Source: Longimicrobiales bacterium
GTDB lineage: Bacteria > Gemmatimonadota > Gemmatimonadetes > Longimicrobiales > Gaopeijiaceae
Reading direction: 5' to 3'
Assembly (NCBI GenBank): GCA_965238005.1
Contig: OZ250165.1
Location: forward strand, 1,120,001 to 1,184,000
DNA length: 64,000 bases
Positions 29,502-40,183 of this stretch are shown here, piece by piece. Each line of letters begins with the position of its first letter. Position 1 is the first letter of the stretch. The notes under the pieces are model-generated. The model was not told where the DNA came from. It saw nothing but the letters and a program-made list of their open reading frames with translations, and did no database searches. A program made the position numbers and the translations under genes.

Positions 29502-30845
29502 TTGGCTGTTGGCAGTCCAGACGAGCTGACGTCGCCTGCCCAGGAGCAGTTGGGGTTGGACGTCTCTCCCCCGGAGGGCCAGGAGGTGCAGCCGCCCGTA
29601 TTCGGCGTGGACTCAGAGGTGGGCCGACTCCGCAAGGTGCTGGTCCATCGTCCTGACTTGAGCCTTCAGAGACTCACCCCGTCGAACGCCCAGGAGCTCC
29701 TCTTCGACGACGTTCTGTGGGTCCGCAAAGCCAGGGAGCAGCACGATGTCTTCGTGGATCATCTGCGAGAACGGGGCGTCGAGGTGTACCTGCTGCGGGA
29801 TCTGCTCTCCGAGACGCTGACCCTGAACGAGCAAGCGCGCCAGGCCGCGGTCGAGCGGGTCGTGACGGAGATGACGGTAGGTGTCTCCCTCGTGGACGAG
29901 ATACGGGCGTACCTCCTCGAGATGGATCCGGATCAACTAGCTACCCATCTCATCGGTGGCCTTGCCCAGAGGGAGGTGGAGGGGCTGGACCTGGGCCGCT
30001 CTCTCACGGCCCGAGCCGAGGAGCATGCGGCGTTCATCCTGCCTCCACTCCCAAACTCACTCTTCACGCGAGACTCCTCGTGCTGGATTTCCGACGGGGT
30101 GACCCTGAACCCCATGTACTACCGGGTGCGCCGCCTGGAGACCGTGAACGTGGGCCTCATCTACACCGGCCATCCGCTGTTCGTGGGAGCCGACTTCGAG
30201 TTCTGGTACCCGCGGGAAGACGGGGACGGCGACCGGAGCGCCGAGGACTTCGGCCGGGCCTCCCTCGAAGGGGGTGACGTCATGCCCATCGGGAACAAGA
30301 CGGTTCTCATGGGCCTGAGCCAGCGGACCACGGCCCGCATGGTCGAGCTTCTCGCCAAGACCCTGTTCGACGCGGGCGTGGCCGAGCGTGTGATCGCCTG
30401 CGAGATGGATCGTGACCGGGCGCACATGCACCTGGACACGGTGTTCACCATGGTGGACGTAGATGCCGTCACGGTCTACCCGAATGTCGTGGATGCCATC
30501 AAGGCGTATAGCCTGCGGCCCTCGGATCGGGATGACGGGCAGCTGTGCATTTGGGAGGAGAAGAGCTTCCTCGACGCGGTGCAGGATGCGCTGGGCGTGG
30601 CCGAGCTACGTGTCATCGGCACGGGGGGCGACGAGTTCCAAGCCGAGCGGGAGCAGTGGGACGACGGAAACAACATTCTCGCCATCGAGCCGGGCGTGGT
30701 CGTGGCGTATTCGAAGAACGAGTACACGAACACGAGACTCCGGAAAGCCGGCATCGAGGTCATCACGATTGATGGGTCGGAGCTGGGGCGGGGCAGGGGT
30801 GGTGGGCATTGTATGACCTGCCCGCTCTTGCGGGATCCTGTATGA
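29502..30845 (+). CDS. arcA: Arginine deiminase
   Basis: [48 protein letters not shown]. Start position uncertain. Confidence 0.95.
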   Translation: MAVGSPDELTSPAQEQLGLDVSPPEGQEVQPPVFGVDSEVGRLRKVLVHRPDLSLQRLTPSNAQELLFDDVLWVRKAREQHDVFVDHLRERGVEVYLLRDLLSETLTLNEQARQAAVERVVTEMTVGVSLVDEIRAYLLEMDPDQLATHLIGGLAQREVEGLDLGRSLTARAEEHAAFILPPLPNSLFTRDSSCWISDGVTLNPMYYRVRRLETVNVGLIYTGHPLFVGADFEFWYPREDGDGDRSAEDFGRASLEGGDVMPIGNKTVLMGLSQRTTARMVELLAKTLFDAGVAERVIACEMDRDRAHMHLDTVFTMVDVDAVTVYPNVVDAIKAYSLRPSDRDDGQLCIWEEKSFLDAVQDALGVAELRVIGTGGDEFQAEREQWDDGNNILAIEPGVVVAYSKNEYTNTRLRKAGIEVITIDGSELGRGRGGGHCMTCPLLRDPV

Positions 30846-31843
30846 CGTTAGACCTGAGGGGGCGGAACTTCCTGAAGCTCGAGGATTTTGCTCCGGAGGA
30901 GATCCGATACCTCCTCGACCTCGCCGCCGAGCTGAAGACGGCGAAGGCGGGCGGCACCGAGGAGCCGCGCCTGACGGGCAAGAACATCGCCCTCATCTTC
31001 GAGAAGCCGTCCACCCGAACCCGATGCGCGTTCGAGGTGGCGGCGCACGACCAGGGTGCCTTCGTCACGTACCTCGGGCCCAGCGGCTCACAGATCGGCC
31101 ACAAGGAGTCCATAAAGGACACCGCCAGGGTGCTGGGCCGCATGTACGACGGCATCGAGTATCGGGGTTTCGGTCAGGCCATCGTGGAGGAGCTCGGTGC
31201 CTTCGCGGGCGTTCCGGTCTGGAACGGCCTCACGGACGAGTTTCATCCGACGCAGATCCTAGCCGACTTCCTCACCATGGAGGAGCACGCCGGGAAGCCC
31301 CTCTCGGACATCTCATACTGCTACCTGGGAGATGCCCGGAACAACGTGGGGAACTCGCTCATGGTGGGCGGGGCGAAGATGGGTATGGACGTCCGGCTGG
31401 CCGCACCAGAGGTGTGCTGGCCCAAGAGCGGACTGGTGGCCAAGAGCGAGGGGTTCGCCGCCGCGGCCGGAGGAACCGTCACGCTGACTGTGGACGTGGA
31501 GAAGGCAGTCAGGAACGTCGACTTCCTCTACACGGACGTGTGGGTGTCCATGGGCGAGCCCGAGTCCATGTGGGCGGAGCGGATCGAGTTGCTCCGGCCC
31601 TACCAAGCGAACTCCGAAGTGCTGGCCCAGACGGGAGATCCTCCGGCCAGGTTCCTGCACTGCCTTCCGGCGTTCCACGACCGCCAGACCGCCGTGGGCG
31701 AGGACATCTTCCAGAAGTTCGGCCTCGACGGGATGGAGGTGACGGACGAGGTGTTCGAGGGCGAGCACTCCATCGTGTTCGACCAGGCGGAAAACCGCGT
31801 GCACACCATCAAGGCCGTGATGGTGGCCACACTGGCCGGATAA
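30842..31843 (+). CDS. arcB: Ornithine carbamoyltransferase (catabolic by context)
   Basis: STRTR, HPTQ, HCLP motifs; ATGA overlap with arcA. Confidence 0.95.
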   Translation: MTLDLRGRNFLKLEDFAPEEIRYLLDLAAELKTAKAGGTEEPRLTGKNIALIFEKPSTRTRCAFEVAAHDQGAFVTYLGPSGSQIGHKESIKDTARVLGRMYDGIEYRGFGQAIVEELGAFAGVPVWNGLTDEFHPTQILADFLTMEEHAGKPLSDISYCYLGDARNNVGNSLMVGGAKMGMDVRLAAPEVCWPKSGLVAKSEGFAAAAGGTVTLTVDVEKAVRNVDFLYTDVWVSMGEPESMWAERIELLRPYQANSEVLAQTGDPPARFLHCLPAFHDRQTAVGEDIFQKFGLDGMEVTDEVFEGEHSIVFDQAENRVHTIKAVMVATLAG

Positions 31844-31855
31844 CCCCGGACGGTC

Positions 31856-32761
31856 ATGCGCATCGTCGTGGCCCTGGGGGGGAACGCTCTTCTGCGGCGA
31901 GGTGAGCCGCCGACCGCCAAGGTGCAGCGCAGGAACGTACGGATCGCGGCGAATTCCCTGGCACCCGTTGCCCGGGAGCACCAGCTCGTCATCACACACG
32001 GGAACGGTCCCCAGGTGGGGCTCCTGGCACTTCAGGCGGCGGCGTACGACGACGTACACCCTCCTCCCCTCGACGTCCTCGGCGCCGAGAGCGAGGGCAT
32101 GATCGGCTACATGATCGAGCAGGAGCTCGGCAACCTGCTGCCCTTCGAGCGGCCCTTCGCGACCATCCTCACCATGGTGGAGGTGGATCCCGCCGACCCG
32201 GCCTTCGACAACCCCACGAAGCCCATCGGTCCGGTCTACGGCGAGGAGGAGGCCGGTGCCCTGGCTGCGGAGCGGGGCTGGACCGTGGCGCCCGACGGGG
32301 ACGGGTGGCGACGGGTCGTGCCGTCCCCGCTACCCCAGCGGGTGTTCGAGATCCGCCCGGTGCGCTGGCTCCTGGAGCACAACGTGATCGTCATCTGCTC
32401 GGGCGGCGGCGGCATCCCCACCATGTACGACGATGAGGGCAAGCTCCACGGGGCGGAGGCGGTCATCGACAAGGACCGGGCCAGCGCACTCCTGGCCGAG
32501 GAGGTGGAGGCGGACTGCCTGATTCTGGCCACTGAAGCGGACGCGGTTTACCTGGGCTGGGGCACGCCCGAGCAGAGGCCGATCCGGACCATCACTCCCG
32601 ATGAGCTGAGGCGGCACCAGTTTCCAGTCGGCTCCATGGGTCCCAAGGTCGAGGCGGCCTGCACCTTCGTCGAGCGAACCGGTGGCCGGGCGGCCATCGG
32701 GGCGTTGGGCGAGATCGAGGAGATCCTCAGCGGGCGGGCGGGGACCGTCGTGGAGCGTTGA
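31856..32761 (+). CDS. arcC: Carbamate kinase
   Basis: [39 protein letters not shown]. Confidence 0.96.
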   Translation: MRIVVALGGNALLRRGEPPTAKVQRRNVRIAANSLAPVAREHQLVITHGNGPQVGLLALQAAAYDDVHPPPLDVLGAESEGMIGYMIEQELGNLLPFERPFATILTMVEVDPADPAFDNPTKPIGPVYGEEEAGALAAERGWTVAPDGDGWRRVVPSPLPQRVFEIRPVRWLLEHNVIVICSGGGGIPTMYDDEGKLHGAEAVIDKDRASALLAEEVEADCLILATEADAVYLGWGTPEQRPIRTITPDELRRHQFPVGSMGPKVEAACTFVERTGGRAAIGALGEIEEILSGRAGTVVER

Positions 32762-33122
32762 GTACGCCCGGAAACCGCCCCGAAGTCTGAGGACGGACCT
32801 CCGGATCCGACTTTGCCCTGGACCTCGAAACCGGAGCTGGCGAATCTAAGTCGGGTCGGGAAGACGTCTGCGTCGGCCCGCCTCGAGGGGCCGAAGCGCC
32901 GGACCGACGCACAACATGAGGCGACGCTGGTAGCGAGCCGGAGATCATCGTTGCGCTCCTCGCCATCTTCGTGAGCGGCGGGGCGATGGGGGCGGCAGGG
33001 ACGCTCCTGGGGCGGTGGGTGCTGAAGAAGAACTCAGGTCTTGGCCGCGGTCATCAGGGGCGCTCCAGGTTTGGTCGGTACGTGGACGGGCCGACCGCGA
33101 TGTCAGGCGATACTATACGGCC

Positions 33123-34088
33123 ATGTCCACGCCAACGCTCCGCATCGGAATCGACCTCGGCGGCACCAAGATAGAAGCCCTGGCCCTGAGCCGGGACGGT
33201 GTCGAGCTGGCTCGGCGTCGCATCGAGGCGCCCAGGAGCTACGACGAGACCGTGGGGGCTCTCCAGGGCCTCGTGTCCGCCTTGGAACAATACGCGGCGG
33301 CGACAGCGGGCGCTGCGGCGGCGAAGACGGGCGCGGTGGAGCGGGCGAGCGTCGGTGTGGGGATCCCAGGGACCGTCTCTCCCACCACGGGCCTCGTGAA
33401 GAACGCGAACTCCACCTGGCTCATCGGCCATCCCTTCGACAGGGATCTGGAAGAGGCTCTCGGGCGTCCCGTGCGCCTCATGAACGACGCCAACTGCTTC
33501 GCGCTCTCCGAGGCCACCGACGGGGCCGGCGCCGGCGCGGACGTGGTCTTCGGCGTCATCATCGGCACGGGCGTGGGCGGAGGCGTGGTGGTCCACAAGC
33601 GCGTCCTCGAGGGACCGCAGCGGATCGGGGGTGAGTGGGGCCACAACCCGTTGCCGTGGCCCAAGGACAGAGAGCGGCCCGGCCGGGAGTGCTTCTGCGG
33701 CAAGCGAGGCTGTCTGGAGACCTTCGTGTCGGGACCGGGACTCGCCCGTGACCACGAGGCCGCCACGGGGGAGGCGCTCTCCACCCACGAGATCGCCGAG
33801 AGGGCCGCCGATGGTCACGTGGGCGCCCGCGCCTCCTACGACCGATACGTGGATCGTCTGGCCCGAGGCCTCGCCACGGTCATCAACGTGGTGGATCCGA
33901 ACGTGGTGGTGCTGGGTGGAGGAATGTCCAACCTTCCCACCCTTCCTGAGGACCTGGAGAGGGCACTCCCGTCCTACGTGTTCACCGACGCATTCTCCAC
34001 CCGGGTGGTACGGAACACCCACGGGGACTCGAGCGGCGTTCGGGGGGCGGCCTGGCTTTGGCCGGCGGAGCCCGACCCTTCGGGATAG
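33123..34088 (+). CDS. mak: ROK-family sugar kinase (fructokinase/mannofructokinase)
   Basis: GIDLGGTKIE, NANST, NDANCFALSEA, GEWGHNPLPW, CFCGKRGCLE, HGDSSGVRGAAWLW. Confidence 0.88.
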   Translation: MSTPTLRIGIDLGGTKIEALALSRDGVELARRRIEAPRSYDETVGALQGLVSALEQYAAATAGAAAAKTGAVERASVGVGIPGTVSPTTGLVKNANSTWLIGHPFDRDLEEALGRPVRLMNDANCFALSEATDGAGAGADVVFGVIIGTGVGGGVVVHKRVLEGPQRIGGEWGHNPLPWPKDRERPGRECFCGKRGCLETFVSGPGLARDHEAATGEALSTHEIAERAADGHVGARASYDRYVDRLARGLATVINVVDPNVVVLGGGMSNLPTLPEDLERALPSYVFTDAFSTRVVRNTHGDSSGVRGAAWLWPAEPDPSG

Positions 34089-34098
34089 GGTAGCCCCA

Positions 34099-35427
34099 AT
34101 GTGGCTCCTCCCCGTTCTGTCCGCCGTGTGTTGGCTGACCAGCCGCACCTTCTACCGGCTCTCGGTGGATGGTCCTGCGGTGCCGCCCCATGGTCCGCTG
34201 CTCATCGTCGCGAACCACCCCAACTCCCTGGTAGACCCTGTCATCGTGGCGGGCGTGACGGGTCGCCGGGTCCGGTTCCTGGCCAAGGCACGCCTCTTCA
34301 CCGATCGCCAAGTCGGTTAGGTGGTGAAGGCGGCCGGTGCGATCCCCGTGTATCGCCGACAGGACGACCCCAAGGCCATGGGTCAGAACCGCGACGTGTT
34401 CGAGGCGGTTATCGATGAGCTGGCGCACGGTGCCGCCATCGGGATCTTCCCCGAGGGGACCAGCCACTCGGAGCCGTCCCTGGCCGAGATCAAGACGGGC
34501 ACGGCCCGCATGGCCATGGGCACCTACGAGAAGACGGCCCGGACGTTCCCCATCATCCCGGTGGGTATCGTACCGGAGCGGAAGGAGCGCTTTCGCTCAG
34601 AGATGCGGGTGGTGCTGGGTGAGCCCGTCTCGTGGGACGACCTGGCCGACAGGGGCAGGAAGGACCGGGAGGCGGTGCGCGAGCTCACGGCACGGATCGA
34701 CCAGGGACTCCGAGGAGTCACCCTGAACCTGGAGAGATGGGAGGATCGGCCCCTGGTAGAGGCGGCCGAGGCCATCTGGGGCCTTCAGGTGGAGGAAGCT
34801 CAAGGCCCGGCCCACCAGGTGCACCGCTACGAGATCACCGCCCGGATCCTTGCAGCTGTTCGGCACGGCTCCGACGAACGCTGGAAGGCTCTGCTGCGGG
34901 ATCTGGCCAGGCACTATCGTCGCCTGGCCCTCTTCGGCTTTCGACCGGGCGACCTGCACGCCGACGTCGGTCTCGCCTCCAGCGTTCGCTGGTCGGCTCG
35001 CCGCCTCTACCTGGAGGGCATCCCCATCGTTGCCCTCGCCCTGGTGGGCCACGTCGCGTTCTGGGTCCCCTTCCGCGTCACCAGCCTTCTTACGAACAAG
35101 GCGCGGCCTGCACTCGACCGTGTGTCCACCTACAAGCTCCTCTTCGGGATCGTAACCTACGCCGCGTGGGTGCTCGCGGTGGCCGTCGTGGGCCTGTGGG
35201 CCTGGGGCCCGTGGGTGGGGTTGGCCGTTCTCGTCCTCCTACCACCCCTGGGGATGACGGGCTTGTGGGTCCGGGAGCGCTGGCGCTGGGCCTTCAACGA
35301 CATTCGCCGCTTCCTGATTCTCCGCACGCGCAGCCGCGTGGTGCAGGAGCTGCTAGCCGAGCAGCGGCGTTTGGGCGCCGAGCTCGAGGGTCTCTTCGAG
35401 GCCTGGGACTCTGGGCTCGTTCACTGA
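34099..35427 (+). pseudogene. Lysophospholipid/glycerol acyltransferase interrupted by an in-frame TAG (34318-34320)
   Basis: NHPNSLVD and FLAK before the stop; IPVYR and IFPEG after it in the same frame. Confidence 0.8.
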
Positions 35428-36770
35428 AGCCCGATGGCGATCGCCAGGAGGACCACGGCGGCGCCCAACCCCATCAAGACGAGGTACCACTTCAGCGTGA
35501 ACTTCAGCCACTCCTGGTACTCCACACCCCCTGCGGCCAGGATCGCCATGAGAGCGCCGTTGGTGGGCGTGATCAGATCGCAGAGCCCCGCCCCGAACTG
35601 ATAGGCCAGGACTGTGACTTGACGAGACAGACCCAGGAGGTCGGAGAGTGGAACCAGCACCGGCATCGTCAGCACGGCCTGCCCGCTCACGCTGGGGACG
35701 GGCACGTGCACGAAGGCATGGGCCACCATCATGCCTATGGCGGAGAGCCCCACCGGCAGGTCGGCAACCGGCGTGAACATGCCGTGGACGATGGTGTCCA
35801 CGATACGGCCCTCATCGAGCACCACGTAGATGGCTCTGGCGAAGCCGATGAGCAGCGCTGCGTACGCCATGGAGCGGAAGCCCTTCACGTACGCCTCCGC
35901 GGTGCCCATCACCTTGAGTCCGCCCACGATTCCCGCCACCACCCCCATGATGAAGAATAGGGCGGACATCTCATCGAAGCCCCACCCCAGCCTCAGGATA
36001 CCCCACACGAGGATGGCGAAGGTGACGATCACCATGCCCAGGATGGAGAGATCGTGGGTGCCCATGGTCCCGTCCCCGTCCTCCAGCTCCTCGGGGACCT
36101 CGGGCGCGGTCCGCGTTCGTAGGGCGTAGCGCATGGTGGCGAAGATCCAGACGCCGAGGGCCACGGCCAGGAACACGATCCTGAAAAGCCCTCCCGACAG
36201 CAGCGGTAGCTCGGCCAGCTTCTGGGCGATGCCCACCTGGAAGGGGTTGATGGGGCTGAAGGCCGATCCCACGAAGGCAGCTCCCGCGCTCATGGACACG
36301 GCGGTGAGCGGAGCGAACCCGAGCCGCTTCGTGAGGATGAGGAGAACGGGCACCAGGGCGATGATCTCTTCCTGCATGTTTTCGAGGACGCCACCCGTGG
36401 CGAAGGCGAGGCTCACCACGGGGATCACCAGCACCTCGCGGTTCTGAAGCCGCTTGACCAGCCAGCCCACCGCGCGCCGGAGCGCGCCGGTCTCGTCCAC
36501 GACGGTGAACGCCCCGCCGATGAGGAACACCAGGAAGACCACGTCCGCCGCGTCGGCCATCCCCTTCGGAATCGCCACGATGGCGTCGAAGAACCCCACC
36601 GGATCGGGCTCCACCTCGTGGAACGTCCCGGCCACGACCACGCTCCGGCCCGTGACGGGATCGTCCCGGCGCTCGTACTGACCGGCGGGAAGCACGTAGC
36701 TCAGGGCCGCAGCGACGAGGATGCAGCCCGTGAGAAGCGTGAGGGGATGGGGAAAGCGCGGCTTCTTCAT
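35421..36770 (-). CDS. YfcC / DcuC-like transporter (basic amino acid antiporter family)
   Basis: MKKPRFPHP, LPAGQYER, NPFQVGIAQKLAELP, VPSVSGQA, AYQFGAG, PTNGALMA. Confidence 0.88.
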   Translation of the reverse strand: MKKPRFPHPLTLLTGCILVAAALSYVLPAGQYERRDDPVTGRSVVVAGTFHEVEPDPVGFFDAIVAIPKGMADAADVVFLVFLIGGAFTVVDETGALRRAVGWLVKRLQNREVLVIPVVSLAFATGGVLENMQEEIIALVPVLLILTKRLGFAPLTAVSMSAGAAFVGSAFSPINPFQVGIAQKLAELPLLSGGLFRIVFLAVALGVWIFATMRYALRTRTAPEVPEELEDGDGTMGTHDLSILGMVIVTFAILVWGILRLGWGFDEMSALFFIMGVVAGIVGGLKVMGTAEAYVKGFRSMAYAALLIGFARAIYVVLDEGRIVDTIVHGMFTPVADLPVGLSAIGMMVAHAFVHVPVPSVSGQAVLTMPVLVPLSDLLGLSRQVTVLAYQFGAGLCDLITPTNGALMAILAAGGVEYQEWLKFTLKWYLVLMGLGAAVVLLAIAIGLQ

Positions 36771-36858
36771 CCAGAATCCCGTCGTTGGCAGTGGTCGCCG
36801 AGGGGCGGCGGACCGCCGAAGATGGGGGCAGGGCGCTTCATCCCGCCAGCCTCCGCGG

Positions 36859-37075
36859 TCAGATCGTGCCCGACTCGTGCATGAGGGCCCGGACGTTCCC
36901 CTCGGAGTCGTGGAAGAAGGCCATGAAGAGCTCGTAGTCGTCGGTGCGATGAATGACGTGGGGCTCGCCAACGAACTCGACACCGGCATCCCGGAGGCTC
37001 CCGTACGACTCGTGGATGTCGGCGACGCGGAAGTAGAGGATGGAGGATGAGCGCTCCACGCCCTCGGGCGCGAAA
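36859..37075 (-). pseudogene. C-terminal half of a VOC/glyoxalase protein
   Basis: ILYFRVADIHESY..GVEF..PHVI..MAFFHDSEGN; N-terminal half absent. Confidence 0.65.
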
Positions 37076-37093
37076 ATGAATGGTCCACAGGAT

Positions 37094-37321
37094 ATGTCAA
37101 GAGCCCGGGACGATTCCGACCAGAGCCAGGAGGCGCAGACGGCAGACCGCCTCCACTCGGCGGCCATCCATCTTCTCCGGGGTCTCCGAACGCAGGACGA
37201 TGCCCTGGGCCTGAGCGCTCCTCGCCTCTCGGCGCTTTCCGTCGTCGTCGGAGGGTTCTCGAGCGGCTCACGCTCCCCAAGGACCACCCGGGACAGCAGG
37301 GCTGAGGCTCGCGGCTCCTGA
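37094..37321 (+). pseudogene. N-terminal fragment of a MarR-family regulator
   Basis: ADRLHSAAIHLLR..GLSAPRLSALSVVV; homology ends before the HTH. Confidence 0.65.
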
Positions 37322-37350
37322 CGGGCATCGACAGCGGGTCCGAGGCGTGG

Positions 37351-38400
37351 TCAATCGAGGTCGTCCTCGTCGGCGCCTGACCCGGTCGCGCTGAAGAGCT
37401 CGGGACCGTAGGCGAAGAGCGCAGGGGTCCCCCCCGTGTGCAGAAAGACGACGGGCTGGGGGCCCACCGTGCCTCGTCGCACGAGATCCAGGAATCCGGC
37501 GAAGGCCTTGCCCGTATATACGGGATCCAGGAGCAGCGCTTCCGTCCGGGCCGCCAGGAGCATGGCCTCGGTCCCGGACTCGGTCAGGCGGCCGTATGCC
37601 GGCCCCAGGAAGTCGTCGGTGACCAGGACTTCGTCTTCCTCGACGACACCGACACAGTCCAGGAGCTCCTCCGTCTTCCGCACGACTCGGACGACGCGTC
37701 CCCTCTGTGCCTCGCGCCTCCGGCGGACGCAGATCCCGTGGACCTGGATGTCGCGACGACCCTGGGCTCTGAGTCCAACGAGCATGCCGGCGTGGGTAGC
37801 CGCGCTACCGCTGGCGAGCACGATGGTCGTCAAGGGCACCTGCATCTGCTCGGCCTGCTGGACGATCTCGGCCGCGGCATCCACGTATCCCAGGGCCCCC
37901 AGCGGCTCGTGTTCTTCGGACAGGTAGATCAGGTACGGGCGCTCGCCTCGTTCCTTCAACTCCGCCGCGATCTCGGCGAGAGCGCTGTCCGCCCCTGCTT
38001 CGTCCTCCCCCTCGGGGTAGGTATACAGGTGGGCCTCCAGGAGTCGATCCAGCAGGACGTTCCCCGATCCGTGGTAGGCCTCCCCCATCCCGGGAACCCG
38101 GTCCTCGAGTTGGATGTGGCAGCCCAGTCCCAGCTTCGCGGCGGCGGCGGCCACGGTGCGGGCGTAGTTGGACTGCACGGCTCCAGTGATGAGAACGGTG
38201 GTGGCGCCATTCTCGACCGCATCGCCGAAGTAGAACTCGAGCTGACGTGCCTTGTTGCCACCCATGGCGAGGCCCGTGCAGTCGTCCCGCTTCACGAACA
38301 GGCTGGGCCCGCCCAGGAGCTGAGAGAGGTTGGACATGGGCTCCAGGGGAGTGGGTCGATGGGCCAGCTCGACCCGAGGGAAGTCCGAGAGTGGACGCAT
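37351..38400 (-). CDS. D-cysteine desulfhydrase / ACC deaminase family PLP enzyme
   Basis: KRDDCTGLAMGGNKAR, QSNY, ASGSAATHAG, LDPVYTGK, FLHTGG. Confidence 0.92.
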   Translation of the reverse strand: MRPLSDFPRVELAHRPTPLEPMSNLSQLLGGPSLFVKRDDCTGLAMGGNKARQLEFYFGDAVENGATTVLITGAVQSNYARTVAAAAAKLGLGCHIQLEDRVPGMGEAYHGSGNVLLDRLLEAHLYTYPEGEDEAGADSALAEIAAELKERGERPYLIYLSEEHEPLGALGYVDAAAEIVQQAEQMQVPLTTIVLASGSAATHAGMLVGLRAQGRRDIQVHGICVRRRREAQRGRVVRVVRKTEELLDCVGVVEEDEVLVTDDFLGPAYGRLTESGTEAMLLAARTEALLLDPVYTGKAFAGFLDLVRRGTVGPQPVVFLHTGGTPALFAYGPELFSATGSGADEDDLD

Positions 38401-38405
38401 GGCCT

Positions 38406-39194
38406 CTAGCCGGTGAGTGTGGTGATGAGCATGTATGAGCCCGTGGCCGCAAGTAGAAGGAGAACGAAGCGTCGGAAGAGGATCTCGTCGATGTGCCGGG
38501 CTACGGCGTGACCGAGGGCGCCGCCGGCCCACGCGAGAGGCACGAGAGCGGCGGCCGTGACCCAAACACGCCCGTGGATCCCCACCGTGGCCGACTGGAG
38601 TAGTATCGCCGCCACGTAGAGCGCGGTGAACAGGGTGAGCGACACGGCCCGGAAGGTCGCTTTGTCCACACCGATACCGGTGAGATAGAGGACCAGAACC
38701 GGTCCCGGCATGCCGAGGGCCGCCGTCATGGCCCCGGCAACGGTTCCAACCGCGAACACGGACCGGGATCGATACGGGGCTGAACCGCCGGCGGTTGGGG
38801 AATCGGCGGCGTCTGAGGAACCCTCTTCCGAAGCTGTGGCGACCGTCGGGGTCTTCTGCCACGCCAGGGCCACTGTGAAGACCAGGATCACCACCCCCAC
38901 GGCAAGATACATGGCTGTCAGGTTCGCGTACCTGAAGGCCGCGACGCCCACCGGCACCCCGACCACCGCTCCCGCCAGGAGGAGACGCCAGAGCGCGAGG
39001 GGAACGTGCTTCCAGAGGTGCCGGCACAGAGAACCGCAGATCACCAGGTTGAGCACCAGGAGGACCTGCACCGCTTCTGCCGACTGGAGGATCAGGAGGA
39101 AGAAGGAGACGGCCAGCAGCGTGAACGCGAAGCCGACGGCACCCTGAACCGCGGCTGCGAGCAAGGTGACCAAGCCCAGCTGAGCCCAGTCCAT
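38406..39194 (-). CDS. TauE/SafE family exporter
   Basis: AAVQGAVGFAF, GMPGP; multiple TM segments. Confidence 0.8.
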   Translation of the reverse strand: MDWAQLGLVTLLAAAVQGAVGFAFTLLAVSFFLLILQSAEAVQVLLVLNLVICGSLCRHLWKHVPLALWRLLLAGAVVGVPVGVAAFRYANLTAMYLAVGVVILVFTVALAWQKTPTVATASEEGSSDAADSPTAGGSAPYRSRSVFAVGTVAGAMTAALGMPGPVLVLYLTGIGVDKATFRAVSLTLFTALYVAAILLQSATVGIHGRVWVTAAALVPLAWAGGALGHAVARHIDEILFRRFVLLLLAATGSYMLITTLTG

Positions 39195-39208
39195 CAGCCC
39201 GAGGGCTC

Positions 39209-40012
39209 CTATGGCCCGCTCCCTTCCCGTCGCTTCGCCCATCCTTCGATGAGCTCGTGAATCCGGGCCACGCCGTCGGTCAAGGCCGCCGGACCGGGCT
39301 GCAGGATGAGGGCGGACTTGATCTCGTAGACGTCGTCGGTCCGCACCGCAGGAATATCCGCCCATCCCGACCGCGCCACCAGCTTCTCCTTGCGGAACTT
39401 CTGCCCGCACCAGGAGCCGATGATGATGTCCGGGGAGCGGCGGACGACCTCCTCGGGATCGGCGATGATCCGGTCCTTCGCCAGAGGTGATGCGGCCAGC
39501 TCAGGGAAGCAGTCCTCTCCTCCAGCCTGCTCGATCAACTCCGAGACCCAGCGGATTCCCGAGATGAGGGGATCGTACCACTCCTCGAAGTAGACCCGGG
39601 GACGGGTGGGGAGGGCCTTCGCGCGCTCACGGATCTTCGCCAGCCCCTCGTCGAGCTCCTCCGCGAGGCTCCCGCCTTTCTCGTCGCAGCCGATCATGGC
39701 TCCGAGAGTACGGATCATGCGCAGGATCTCCTGGACGCTCCGGTGATTGAAGACGTGGACCTCAACCCCGCGGCGGATCAGCTCGGCGGCGATGTCGGCC
39801 TGGATGTCGGAGAAGCCCAGGACGAGGTCGGGGTCAAGATCCAGAATCTGGTCGATCTTGGCGCTGGTGAAGGCAGAGACCTTCGGCTTTTCCTTTCTGG
39901 CCCGGGGAGGGCGCACGGTGAAGCCCGAGATTCCGACGATGCGCCAATCCTCCTCCATTATATAGAGGGCTTCCGTGGTCTCCTCGGTGAGGCAGACAAT
40001 GCGTTCGTACAT
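39209..40012 (-). CDS. BtuF-like helical-backbone metal/cobalamin-binding protein (no signal peptide)
   Basis: RIVCLTEETTE, PDLVLGFSD, VYFEEW.DP, ILQPGP. Confidence 0.85.
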   Translation of the reverse strand: MYERIVCLTEETTEALYIMEEDWRIVGISGFTVRPPRARKEKPKVSAFTSAKIDQILDLDPDLVLGFSDIQADIAAELIRRGVEVHVFNHRSVQEILRMIRTLGAMIGCDEKGGSLAEELDEGLAKIRERAKALPTRPRVYFEEWYDPLISGIRWVSELIEQAGGEDCFPELAASPLAKDRIIADPEEVVRRSPDIIIGSWCGQKFRKEKLVARSGWADIPAVRTDDVYEIKSALILQPGPAALTDGVARIHELIEGWAKRREGSGP

Positions 40013-40183
40013 CGAGCGGGTCAGGACTCCGGGGCGTCGATCGGTTGTCTTTTTCGCAGGTCGGATCGTAACATGGCCCCTGGCACCCGCCCTCCGCCAT
40101 GTGGACGACCGGGAGGTGGCTCGCTGACCGATGAAGAAGTAAATACATCCGGTCGAGAGAAATCCGATTCAACGAGGTGACCG

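Noticed and set aside
17368..34320. Genome-wide TAG recoding (Pyl or Gln) suggested by in-frame TAGs at 17368 and 34318
   Set aside because: The contexts suggest different residues (aliphatic vs probably Trp), and many intact genes here end normally at TAG.
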